From positions 6,360,001-6,392,000 of the forward strand of contig NZ_LN831039.1 in the NCBI RefSeq assembly GCF_001457595.1: 32,000 bases of DNA, in the 5' to 3' direction. Origin of the DNA: Mycolicibacterium smegmatis. Lineage in GTDB: Bacteria > Actinomycetota > Actinomycetes > Mycobacteriales > Mycobacteriaceae. Below are positions 6,251-15,129 of the stretch, piece after piece; within the stretch, counting starts at the first letter, position 1; each line of letters opens with the position of its first letter. Position numbers and translations under genes: made by a program. The notes under the pieces were generated by a model. The model did not search any database. It saw only the letters and a program-made list of their open reading frames with translations, and was not told where the DNA came from.

Positions 6251-7500
6251 TGTTTGATACAACTTCCGCTCAGCCGCCGCCGCTTCGAGGAGTCCGGGTC
6301 GTCGACGGCGCCACGATCTACGCGGGGCCCATGATTGCGACGCTCCTCGGGGACTTCGGGGCCGATGTGATCAAGGTCGAACACCCGCACGGTGACGGTC
6401 TGCGGCAATGGGAGTGGCGCAAGGACGGCGAATCGCTGTGGTGGGCGCTCGTCGGAAGGAACAAGCGCGACATCAGCCTGTCGCTCTCGGATCCCCGCGG
6501 CGCCGACGTGATGCGTCGACTGCTGGCCGACGCGGATGTGTTCATCGAGAACTTCCGTCCCGGGACCCTGGAGAAGTGGGGCCTCGATCCGGAGGACCTG
6601 ATCGCGGCCAACCCGAAACTCGTCGTGGTGCGTGTCTCGGGGTTCGGGCAGACCGGCCCCTACAGGTCCCGTCCGGGTTTCGGCACGATCGCCGAGGCCA
6701 TGTCCGGGTTCGCCGACACCAACGGCGCCGCCGACGGTCCCCCGGTACTTCCGCAATGGCCGCTGGCCGACGGCGTCGCCGCACTCGCCGGCGCCTTCGC
6801 CACCATGATCGCGCTGCGTCACGCCGAGGCGACCGGCCATGGGCAGGTCGTCGACCTGTCCATCTACGAACCCCTGTTCTGGATCCTGGGCGCCCAGACG
6901 TCGGCGTACGACCAGCTCGGCACCCTGCCGACACGACAGGGAAGCCGAACGGGCTTCAACGTTCCCCGCGAGTGCTACCGCACCCGTGACGGGCGCTGGA
7001 TCGCGCTCTCCGGCGCCACCACCGCGACCGCACAACGCATCATGCGTGCGGTCGGACGGCCGGATCTGGCTGACGCCGAATGGTTCTCGGACATCTCCGG
7101 CCGAATCGAACACCGCGAGACGATCGACGAGGCGATCGCGTCCTGGGTCGGGCAACGCGACAACGCCGATGTACTGGCCATGTTCGAGTCGGTCGGGGCG
7201 ACGGCGGGCCCCGTGTACACCGCGGCGGACATCGTCGCCGATCCGCACTTCACCGAACGGGGCAGCATCGTCACCGTCGACCACCCCACCCTTGGTGCGG
7301 TGCGAATGCAGGGCCTGATCGCCCAGTTGTCTCGTACACCAGGCCAGATCCGCCATCCGGGCCCTGCCGTCGGAGAACACAACGACGAGATCCTACGGAC
7401 CGAATTGGCCTATCCCGATGATGTCGTGGATGCGCTGGCCGAGGCCGGCGTGATAGGCCGCACCCTCCAACCCACCTCAACGAAGCGAGTGAGTTCATGA
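6250..7500 (+). CDS. Family III CoA-transferase (CaiB/BaiF/Frc-like)
   Basis: N-terminal signature LRGVRVVDGATIYAGPMIATLLGDFGADVIKVEHP and the overall CaiB/BaiF layout. The ATG at 6250 has no SD and sits in an AT-rich palindrome. Confidence 0.9.
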   Translation: MFDTTSAQPPPLRGVRVVDGATIYAGPMIATLLGDFGADVIKVEHPHGDGLRQWEWRKDGESLWWALVGRNKRDISLSLSDPRGADVMRRLLADADVFIENFRPGTLEKWGLDPEDLIAANPKLVVVRVSGFGQTGPYRSRPGFGTIAEAMSGFADTNGAADGPPVLPQWPLADGVAALAGAFATMIALRHAEATGHGQVVDLSIYEPLFWILGAQTSAYDQLGTLPTRQGSRTGFNVPRECYRTRDGRWIALSGATTATAQRIMRAVGRPDLADAEWFSDISGRIEHRETIDEAIASWVGQRDNADVLAMFESVGATAGPVYTAADIVADPHFTERGSIVTVDHPTLGAVRMQGLIAQLSRTPGQIRHPGPAVGEHNDEILRTELAYPDDVVDALAEAGVIGRTLQPTSTKRVSS

Positions 7501-8855
7501 CCAATCCCGCTGCGCCTGCGGCGCCGAACGAGCGACTCGTCCGGCGCGTGGCGCTCGCCAGTGGCATCGGATCGATGCTCGAGTTCTACGACTTCTATCT
7601 CTACGGCGCACTGTCCGCGACGATCTTCGGCGCGCTGTACTTCCACAACGAGGACCCGGCGGTCGGCACACTGCTCGCCCTGGCCACCTTCGGCGTGGGT
7701 TTCGTGGCACGCCCGGTCGGCGGCATCATCGCAGGCCACTTCGGGGACAAGTTCGGGCGCAAGAGCGTTCTGATCGCGACGCTCGCGTTGATGGGTGTCT
7801 CCACCGTCGGCATCGGGATACTCCCGACCTACGCGTCGATCGGCACACTGGCCCCCGTCCTCCTGGTCACGCTGCGGATCCTGCAGGGGCTCGCACACGG
7901 AGGCGAATGGGGCGGCGCGTCCATCATGACCATCGAGCACGCGCCTGAGAGTCGCCGCGGTTTCTACGGCAGCTGCCCGCAGATGGGTATCTACGCGGGG
8001 TTGGTGCTCGCCAGTCTGGTGCTCGGCGGGTTCATGCTGCTGCCCGAGGAGCAGTTCCTGAGCTGGGGATGGCGCATACCCTTCATCCTTGGTGCCGTGC
8101 TCATGCTCGTCGGCCTGTGGCTACGCCGCGCGATCACCGAATCCCCGGAGTTCGCAGCGGCAATGGCCACCCGGTCGATCGAACCCGAGCAGGAGAAGAA
8201 GCGCATCCCGCTGGTGGAAGCGTTCCGCACCGGGCGGCGGGGCATCTTCGTCACGTTCGCCGCGAAGGCCGCCGAAACCTGCACGTTCTACCTGATCACG
8301 GTGTTCGCACTGACCCTGGCCAAAAACGGTGCCGGCGAATCGACCGCGCGCAACGGCATTCTGATCGCGTCCGTCGTCGCCATCATCACGATCGGGGCGT
8401 TCGGCGTGCTCGCTGACCGGGTCGGCACGCGGACCGTCTACATGGGTGGTGCAGGCTTCATGGTGCTGTTCGCGTTCCCGTTCTTCTGGCTCGCGGGCGC
8501 CAACTCCGGCTGGACGCTGCTGATCGCGTTGATCGTCGGCCTGGCCGTCGGGCACTCGTTGATGTACGCCGCACAGGCCAGTTACTTCTCGGCCCTGTTC
8601 AGCACGGAAGTCCGGTTCACCGGCGCCTCACTGGGTTACCAACTCGGCGCGGCCATCGTCGGTGGCTTCACGCCGCTCATCGCCGCGGCGCTGCTGCTTC
8701 GCAGCGACGGCGCAACCTGGCCCATCGCCACCTACATCGCCGGAGTCTGCCTGGTGAGTTATCTCGTCATGGCCGTCTGGGGCAAGGTGCGCGCCGACGA
8801 TTCGGCGACCGCCGTTCCCGGGGTCGCCTCAGACGTCGCGGAGGTTCAGCGATGA
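7497..8855 (+). CDS. MFS transporter, metabolite:H+ symporter (MHS) type
   Basis: ATGA start/stop overlap at 7497-7500. MHS-type LEFYDFYLYG near the N-terminus. MFS loop motif GHFGDKFGRK. About 12 hydrophobic helices. Confidence 0.9.
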   Translation: MTNPAAPAAPNERLVRRVALASGIGSMLEFYDFYLYGALSATIFGALYFHNEDPAVGTLLALATFGVGFVARPVGGIIAGHFGDKFGRKSVLIATLALMGVSTVGIGILPTYASIGTLAPVLLVTLRILQGLAHGGEWGGASIMTIEHAPESRRGFYGSCPQMGIYAGLVLASLVLGGFMLLPEEQFLSWGWRIPFILGAVLMLVGLWLRRAITESPEFAAAMATRSIEPEQEKKRIPLVEAFRTGRRGIFVTFAAKAAETCTFYLITVFALTLAKNGAGESTARNGILIASVVAIITIGAFGVLADRVGTRTVYMGGAGFMVLFAFPFFWLAGANSGWTLLIALIVGLAVGHSLMYAAQASYFSALFSTEVRFTGASLGYQLGAAIVGGFTPLIAAALLLRSDGATWPIATYIAGVCLVSYLVMAVWGKVRADDSATAVPGVASDVAEVQR

Positions 8856-9982
8856 GGGCGACGACGCTGCCGAAATCCACACAGGCAGCCGTGGTGCGGA
8901 ATTTCGGTGAACCGCTCACCCTGGAAGAGGTCGCCGTCCCGCAGACCGTGGCGCCTGGCGGGCTGCTCGTCGAGATCGTGGCCTGCTCACTGTGCGGTAC
9001 CGATGTGCACTGCTGGGAAGGCTCACTCGCCATCCCTGTCGGGCTGCCGTTGATCCTCGGGCACGAGATGGTCGGCCGGATCATCGCGATCGGCGACGGC
9101 GCCGACGTCGACTCGGCCGGTCAGCCGTTGCAGATCGGTGACCGCATCCTGTGGACCCACGCTGTCTGCGGCCGCTGCGTCATGTGCGCCAAAAAGCGTC
9201 CCACGTTGTGCCGCAACAAGATCCCGTACGGCCAGGCCACCATGGACCAGTGGCCCAATCTGCTGGGCGGTCTGGCGCAACACTCCTACGTGCTGCCCGG
9301 GTCCGGCCGGCTCCGCGTCCCCGACGGCGTGCCCGACGACCTTGCCAGCATGGCGAGTTGTGCGCTGCGGTCCGTGGTCAACGCGGTCGAACAGGCCGGC
9401 CGCGTCGGGCCCGAGCACACCGTCGTGGTCCAGGGTGCAGGGCCGCTGGGAATTCTGGCGACCGGTCTGTTCGCGCAGGCGGGCGCAGGCCGGGTGATCA
9501 CCGTCGGCGCGCCGGACACCCGCCTGGAGATCGCCTCGGAGTTCGGCGCCCATGACGTGATCTCCCTTGCCGCCCATACAGATCCGGATGATCGGCTGGC
9601 GATGATCCGGGATGCCACCGACGGCCTGGGCGCCGATCTGGTCGCAGAGTTCTCGGGCCACCCCGCGGCCTTCGCCGAAGGCGTGGAAATGGCCGCACCG
9701 GACGGCCGCTACCTGGTGGTCGGCCAACTCGGCGCCGGGGTCACCACCATTGCCCCCGGCACCATCACCAAGAAGAACCTCAACGTCATCGGTTCCTTCT
9801 CGGGTGACCTCTCGCATTACCGCACTGCACTCACCATCCTGGAACGCTACGCCGATCGGCTGCCCTTCGACCGGCTGATCAGCGGCCACTATCCGCTCCG
9901 CGACATCGATTCGGTGATGGGACGGATGCAGAGTTTCCAGGAGATCAAGCCCGTACTACTGCCGCAGGAGACCCAAGCATGA
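8852..9982 (+). CDS. Zinc-dependent alcohol dehydrogenase (MDR superfamily)
   Basis: ATGA overlap at 8852-8855. Catalytic zinc contexts CSLCGTDVH and GHEMVGRI. Structural zinc cluster CGRCVMCAKKRPTLC. Rossmann motif VVQGAGPLG. Confidence 0.9.
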   Translation: MRATTLPKSTQAAVVRNFGEPLTLEEVAVPQTVAPGGLLVEIVACSLCGTDVHCWEGSLAIPVGLPLILGHEMVGRIIAIGDGADVDSAGQPLQIGDRILWTHAVCGRCVMCAKKRPTLCRNKIPYGQATMDQWPNLLGGLAQHSYVLPGSGRLRVPDGVPDDLASMASCALRSVVNAVEQAGRVGPEHTVVVQGAGPLGILATGLFAQAGAGRVITVGAPDTRLEIASEFGAHDVISLAAHTDPDDRLAMIRDATDGLGADLVAEFSGHPAAFAEGVEMAAPDGRYLVVGQLGAGVTTIAPGTITKKNLNVIGSFSGDLSHYRTALTILERYADRLPFDRLISGHYPLRDIDSVMGRMQSFQEIKPVLLPQETQA

Positions 9983-11514
9983 CAGTCACCACCTTCCGCC
10001 CGTCCGACGTCGCCACCCTCACGAACCCGGACGCCGCCTCCGACGTCGCCGATCTGTCGATGTTCATTGCCGGAGAGGCGGTTTCCGCTGCCGACGGCGC
10101 CACGTTCGACTCCTACGAACCCCGCTCCGGGCGGGTGTGGGCACGGTTGCCGCGGGCCAATTCGACCGACATCGACCGTGCCGTGCGCGCGGCGCGCGCA
10201 GCCTTCGAAGGGCCGTGGGGCGCTGTGTCGCCCGCCGACCGCGGCCGATTCCTGATGAAGATCGCCGCAGTGGTCGACCGGCACCGGGATCAACTCACGG
10301 TCATCGAGTCCCGCGACAACGGCAAACCGGTCCGCGAGGTGCGTGCCGAGATCGACGCGGTCGTACGCTATTTCGAGTACTTCGCGGGTGTGTGCCAGAC
10401 GACGGTGGGTGAGACCCATCCCCAGGCGGCCACGGCCTTCAGCTACACCCGCCGCGAACCGGTGGGTGTGGTCGGCGCGATCGTGCCCTGGAACTCGCCG
10501 CTGCTCATGCTCGCGTGGAAGCTGTCGCCCGCCCTGGCAGGCGGTAACACCATCATCCTCAAACCCGCCGAGGAGACCTCGGTCTCCGCGGTCGTGTTCG
10601 CTCAGCTCATCGCCGAGGTGGGACTGCCCGACGGAGTCTTCAACGTGGTGACCGGAATCGGCGAGGAAGCCGGCGCCGCGCTGGTCGCCCATCCGGATGT
10701 CGACAAGATCGCCTTCACCGGTTCGACCGAGGTGGGCAAGCAGATCGCGGCCACCGCGGCAAGCGATCTCAAACTCGTCACCTTCGAACTGGGCGGCAAG
10801 TCACCCACCGTGATCTTCGACGACGCCGACCTCGATGCCGCGGTTCACCGCACCGCTTACGGCATCTTCTCGGCCGCGGGTCAGACCTGTCAGGCGGCAT
10901 CGCGAATCTTCGTCCAGGACACCATCCACGACGAATTCCTGGACCGGTTCGCCGCACTGGCACGGCGCATCCGCGTGGGCGATCCGCTGTCCGAGCGCAC
11001 CCAGATGGGCGCCCAGATTTCCGCACAGCATCGCGAACGGATCGCCGGGTACGTCGCCAGCGGCATCCAGGAGGGAGCGAATCTGGTCTGCGGCGGCACG
11101 CAGCCCACGGAAGCCCCGCTGGCGCAGGGCTACTACTACTCGCCGACCATCCTCGACGGCGTCAACCGCGACATGCGGATGATCCGCGAGGAGATCTTCG
11201 GGCCGGTGACCGGTGTCATGTCATTCACCGACGAGGCCGACGCCGTGGCCAAGGCGAATGACACGGAGTACGGCCTGGCCGGATCGGTGTGGACGCGGGA
11301 CGTGTCCCGCGCGCACCGGGTCGCGGCGAGCATTGCGGCCGGACTGATCTGGGTCAACACCACCCGCACCATCAACCACCTCGTTCCGTTCGGCGGCTAC
11401 AAGCAGTCCGGTTACGGGCGCGAGGGCGGACAGGCCGTGATGGAGCACTACACCCGGATCAAGTCGGTGTGGGTGGACATGCAGGACGACCTGCCGAACT
11501 GGTACGCCGACTGA
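9979..11514 (+). CDS. NAD(P)-dependent aldehyde dehydrogenase
   Basis: ATGA overlap at 9979-9982. ALDH glutamate motif FELGGKSP, catalytic cysteine motif GQTCQAASR, and cofactor site FTGSTEVGK. Confidence 0.93.
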   Translation: MTVTTFRPSDVATLTNPDAASDVADLSMFIAGEAVSAADGATFDSYEPRSGRVWARLPRANSTDIDRAVRAARAAFEGPWGAVSPADRGRFLMKIAAVVDRHRDQLTVIESRDNGKPVREVRAEIDAVVRYFEYFAGVCQTTVGETHPQAATAFSYTRREPVGVVGAIVPWNSPLLMLAWKLSPALAGGNTIILKPAEETSVSAVVFAQLIAEVGLPDGVFNVVTGIGEEAGAALVAHPDVDKIAFTGSTEVGKQIAATAASDLKLVTFELGGKSPTVIFDDADLDAAVHRTAYGIFSAAGQTCQAASRIFVQDTIHDEFLDRFAALARRIRVGDPLSERTQMGAQISAQHRERIAGYVASGIQEGANLVCGGTQPTEAPLAQGYYYSPTILDGVNRDMRMIREEIFGPVTGVMSFTDEADAVAKANDTEYGLAGSVWTRDVSRAHRVAASIAAGLIWVNTTRTINHLVPFGGYKQSGYGREGGQAVMEHYTRIKSVWVDMQDDLPNWYAD

Positions 11515-12410
11515 TGGGCGGGCGACCGACTCGCGCCCTTCCTCTGCTTCGCACCCTGCTGTTCGTGCCGGGCGACCGGCCCGACCGCATCGCCAAGGCG
11601 GCCGCCAGTGCGGCCGCCGGCGTCGCGGTCGATCTCGAAGACGCGGTGGCGGTGTCGAGGAAAGACGCCGCGCGCGACGCGGCCGTGACGGCGCTGTCCG
11701 CGCTACCCACCGCTGGTGTGCCGGTGCTGTGCGTCCGAATCAACGCCGTGGACAGCGGTTTTGCCGAGGACGACCTGACCGCCCTTGAGCCCGTGCTGCA
11801 CCGGCTGGATCTGGTCATGGTCCCCATGAGCGCCGAACCGGACCGTATCCGGCGCGTGAGCGAACTCCTCACTCGCGCGGAGCGATCGGCGGGGGCCGAC
11901 GACGGCCGGATCGGCATCATCCCCTTGGTCGAGACAGCGGCGGGCATCCTCAACGCGCCCTCGCTCGCGTCGGCCGACGCACGGGTCCACACGTTGTCGT
12001 TCGGCCCCGCGGACCTGTCCCGTGAACTCGGCATCACCCCGACCAGCGACGGCGACGAGTTCCTCTTCGCGCGGTCGCAACTGGTCCTCGCCGCCGCGGC
12101 GGCGAACTGTCCTGCGCCGGTGGACGGCCCGTACCTCGATCTCGATGACGACGACGGCCTCATCCGGTCGGCGAGGCATGCCCGAAAGCTCGGGTTCGGC
12201 GGTAAGCAGGTCATCCATCCATCGCAGATCGCCTCGGTGGCCGGTGCGTTCGTTACGAGCGATGCCGAGATCGACTGGGCCCGTGCAGTGGACGCCGCGT
12301 TCAGCGCGGCCGAGGCCGAAGGTGTCTCGTCGATCCGGCTCGCGGACGGGACGTTCGTCGATTACCCGGTCGCTCAGCGCGCGAGGGCGATTCTGGCGGG
12401 TGCCCGGTGA
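11514..12410 (+). CDS. HpcH/HpaI aldolase - citrate lyase beta (CitE)-like acyl-CoA lyase
   Basis: ATG 11514 shares its A with the ALDH TGA (11512-11514). CitE-like N-terminus LLRTLLFVPGDRPDRIAKAA and metal/substrate motifs VDLEDAV and IIPLVETA. The upstream part of ORF 11289..12410 lies inside the ALDH gene and is rejected. Confidence 0.85.
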   Translation: MGGRPTRALPLLRTLLFVPGDRPDRIAKAAASAAAGVAVDLEDAVAVSRKDAARDAAVTALSALPTAGVPVLCVRINAVDSGFAEDDLTALEPVLHRLDLVMVPMSAEPDRIRRVSELLTRAERSAGADDGRIGIIPLVETAAGILNAPSLASADARVHTLSFGPADLSRELGITPTSDGDEFLFARSQLVLAAAAANCPAPVDGPYLDLDDDDGLIRSARHARKLGFGGKQVIHPSQIASVAGAFVTSDAEIDWARAVDAAFSAAEAEGVSSIRLADGTFVDYPVAQRARAILAGAR

Positions 12411-13360
12411 AAGTCGTCGTCACCCGGGCACTGCCACCGGCGACTCTGTCGCCTCTCGCCGATGTCGGTGAGGTGTGGGTGTCCCCGCACGACCGTCCCC
12501 TCACCGACGACGAGTTGCGCCATGCCGTACGCGGCGCGCACGGCATCGTGAGCATGCTCAACGACCGGATCGACGAGCGTGTGCTCGCCGCGGCAGGGGA
12601 CCAACTCCGCGTGGTCGCCAACACCGCCGTCGGCTATGACAACCTCGACGTCGCGGCCATCGCACGCCACGGCGCCACCGCGACCAACACCCCGGGGGTG
12701 CTGGTCGATGCGACCGCCGACCTGACCATGGCCCTCCTGTTGGACGTCACGCGCAGAGTGAGCGAGGGCGATCGCCTGATCCGGTCGGGCCAACCCTGGT
12801 CGTGGGACATCGGATTCATGCTCGGCACCGGTCTGCAGGGCAAGCAACTCGGGATCGTCGGTATGGGCCACATCGGTCGAGCCGTCGCCAGACGCGCAAC
12901 GGCATTCGGTGTGCGCGTCGTGTACCACGCCCGGCGCGCGCAGGACGACGGCATCGGCCGTCGGGTCCCGCTCGACGAGTTGCTCGCGACCTCTGACATC
13001 GTCTCGTTGCACTGCCCGTTGACGATTGAGACGCGTCATCTGATCGACGCCGAGGCGCTGGGGGCGATGAAACCCGGGTCGTATCTGATCAACACCGCCC
13101 GCGGCCCGATCGTCGACGAGAGCGCGTTGGCCGATGCCCTCGCACGTGGTGGCATCGCGGGGGCTGCGCTCGACGTCTACGAGCATGAACCCGAGGTGCA
13201 TCCGGGCCTGCGTGAGCTTCCCAACGTGGTGCTCGCGCCGCACCTGGGTTCGGCGACCGTGGAGACCCGCACCCTGATGGCCGAGCTCGCGGTGAAGAAT
13301 GTGGTGCAGACACTCAACGACAGCGGGCCGGTGACCCCGATCGCGGTACCGTCTGGGTGA
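12407..13360 (+). CDS. D-isomer-specific 2-hydroxyacid dehydrogenase (glyoxylate/hydroxypyruvate reductase-like)
   Basis: GTGA overlap at 12407-12410. NAD fold LGIVGMGHIGRAVARRA. Catalytic contexts INTARGPIVDE and APHLGSAT. Confidence 0.9.
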   Translation: MKVVVTRALPPATLSPLADVGEVWVSPHDRPLTDDELRHAVRGAHGIVSMLNDRIDERVLAAAGDQLRVVANTAVGYDNLDVAAIARHGATATNTPGVLVDATADLTMALLLDVTRRVSEGDRLIRSGQPWSWDIGFMLGTGLQGKQLGIVGMGHIGRAVARRATAFGVRVVYHARRAQDDGIGRRVPLDELLATSDIVSLHCPLTIETRHLIDAEALGAMKPGSYLINTARGPIVDESALADALARGGIAGAALDVYEHEPEVHPGLRELPNVVLAPHLGSATVETRTLMAELAVKNVVQTLNDSGPVTPIAVPSG

Positions 13361-14064
13361 CAGAATCGGCGCCAGGTCGAGAGGACGTGATGGCAACCCC
13401 ACCCGAGCCGCTCCCGACAACCAAGGCTGAAGAGGCGTTCATCGAGATCCGCCGCTTGATCGAGTGCGGCCGGTTACCGGGTGGGGCCAAGCTGACATTG
13501 GCGAGCCTGTCCGACGAGCTGCAGATGAGTCTCACACCCATCCGCGAGGCGTTGCGGATGTTGCAGGCCAACGGGCTCGTCGAGTACAAGCGTCATCACG
13601 GGCACGTGGTGACGCGGTACTCGATCCGACGTGCCGAGGAGACCTACCTTCTGCGGCAGACTCTCGAACCCCTGGCCACCAGGCTGGCCGCGGCGAATGC
13701 GACCGAGGACGAGTTGCGCCGCATTCGTGAACTGCAGGAGGAGTTCCGGCTCGTCGTGGACGGCGAGCCGCCTCGCTTCGCCGACGTGGTGGATCTCAAT
13801 GCGCGGTGGCACCGGCTGGTGTACGCCGCCGCGCACTCGTCACTGCTGGACGAGTTCATCGATCGGCTGTGGACGGGTGTGCCCTATCAAGCGATCTGGT
13901 TCGTGCAACGACGGCGCCAGTCGGCCGCCGATCACGAGGCCGTCACCGCCGCGCTCGAGACCAGACAGCCCGAGATCGCCGAACGCGCCATGTTGGACCA
14001 CATCGGACGGGGCCGCGCCGCGACGATCGAACACCTGCAGGCCATCGGCGCCCCCGAGGGGTGA
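13357..14064 (+). CDS. GntR-family regulator (FadR/FCD subfamily)
   Basis: GTGA overlap at 13357-13360; an alternative ATG lies at 13390. Winged HTH LTLASLSDELQMSLTPIREALRMLQANGLVE. C-terminal FCD-like helical domain. Confidence 0.85.
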   Translation: MTESAPGREDVMATPPEPLPTTKAEEAFIEIRRLIECGRLPGGAKLTLASLSDELQMSLTPIREALRMLQANGLVEYKRHHGHVVTRYSIRRAEETYLLRQTLEPLATRLAAANATEDELRRIRELQEEFRLVVDGEPPRFADVVDLNARWHRLVYAAAHSSLLDEFIDRLWTGVPYQAIWFVQRRRQSAADHEAVTAALETRQPEIAERAMLDHIGRGRAATIEHLQAIGAPEG

Positions 14065-14079
14065 GACTGCCTTCGGCCT

Positions 14080-15129
14080 TCACTGCTTGCGGTTGCCCTG
14101 CTCGTCCCAGTGCTCGGCGACCTTCTTGCTGGGCTGTACCCGTGGCGGTTCGCCGGGCATCTTCGGGTAGTTCGGCGGGTAGGGCAGATCACCGAGGCCC
14201 CGCTCCTCGTCGGCGGCGACGAGGTCCAGCAGCGGCCCCAGGGACTGCTGCACCGAATCGATGTCGGCCCACGGATCATCGCGCCCGGCAAGCAGATCCG
14301 GCACGGTGTTCATGGTGTAGTCGTCCGGGTCGGCGTTGCGCAGTTCGTCCCAGCTCAGCGGCATCGACACGGTCGCGATGGGGGTCTTGCGCACCGAGTA
14401 GGCCGAGGCGAACGTGCGGTCGCGCGCGTTCTGGTTGTAGTCGATGAACAACCGCTCGCCGCGCTCTTCCTTCCACCACGACGTGGTCACCGCGTCGGGG
14501 GCGCGACGCTCGACCTCACGGGCCAGCGCGATGCCCGCACGGCGCACCTCGATGAAGTCCCACTGCGGTTTGATGCGCAGGAACACGTGCACGCCACGGC
14601 CACCCGAGGTCTTGGGATAACCCACCAGGCCGAGTTCGTCGAGCAGCGGTTTGAGCACGTCACACGCAACGGTGCGGGCCTCCTTGAATCCTGTGCCGGG
14701 TTGCGGGTCGAGGTCGACGCGCAGTTCGTCGGGATGTTCGGTGTCGGGGCAGCGCACCTGCCACGGATGCAGTGTGACGGTGCCCATCTGGGCGGCCCAG
14801 ATGATCGACGACGGGTGCGTGATCTTCAGCGCGTCGGCCGTGCGCCCCGACGGGAACGTGACGACGCAGGTCTCCAGATAATCGGGATGCTTCTGCGGCA
14901 CCCGTTTCTGGTAGATCTCCTCGCCCTCGATGCCGTCGGGGAACCGCTGCAGGTGCACCGGGCGGTCGCGCAACAGTGCCAGCATGGGGCCGGACGCGAC
15001 GGACAGGTAGTACTCGACGAGCTTGCCCTTGGTGCCGTTCTTGCCGAGCTTGGGAAAGTACACCTTGTCCGGGTTGGTGAACCGGACCTTTACCCCGTCG
15101 ACGTCGAGTTCGGTTGCCGCACTGGCCAT
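14080..15129 (-). CDS. polD1: Stand-alone AEP primase-polymerase, LigD-POL-like (Prim-PolC / PolD1)
   Basis: Start MASAATELD at 15129 overlaps the ligC1 TGA by 1 nt (minus-strand GTGATGG). AEP motifs are RVDLDP (DxD), SGGRGVHVF (SxH) and FIDYNQN. The extension to 15351 lies inside ligC1 and is rejected. Confidence 0.9.
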   Translation of the reverse strand: MASAATELDVDGVKVRFTNPDKVYFPKLGKNGTKGKLVEYYLSVASGPMLALLRDRPVHLQRFPDGIEGEEIYQKRVPQKHPDYLETCVVTFPSGRTADALKITHPSSIIWAAQMGTVTLHPWQVRCPDTEHPDELRVDLDPQPGTGFKEARTVACDVLKPLLDELGLVGYPKTSGGRGVHVFLRIKPQWDFIEVRRAGIALAREVERRAPDAVTTSWWKEERGERLFIDYNQNARDRTFASAYSVRKTPIATVSMPLSWDELRNADPDDYTMNTVPDLLAGRDDPWADIDSVQQSLGPLLDLVAADEERGLGDLPYPPNYPKMPGEPPRVQPSKKVAEHWDEQGNRKQ

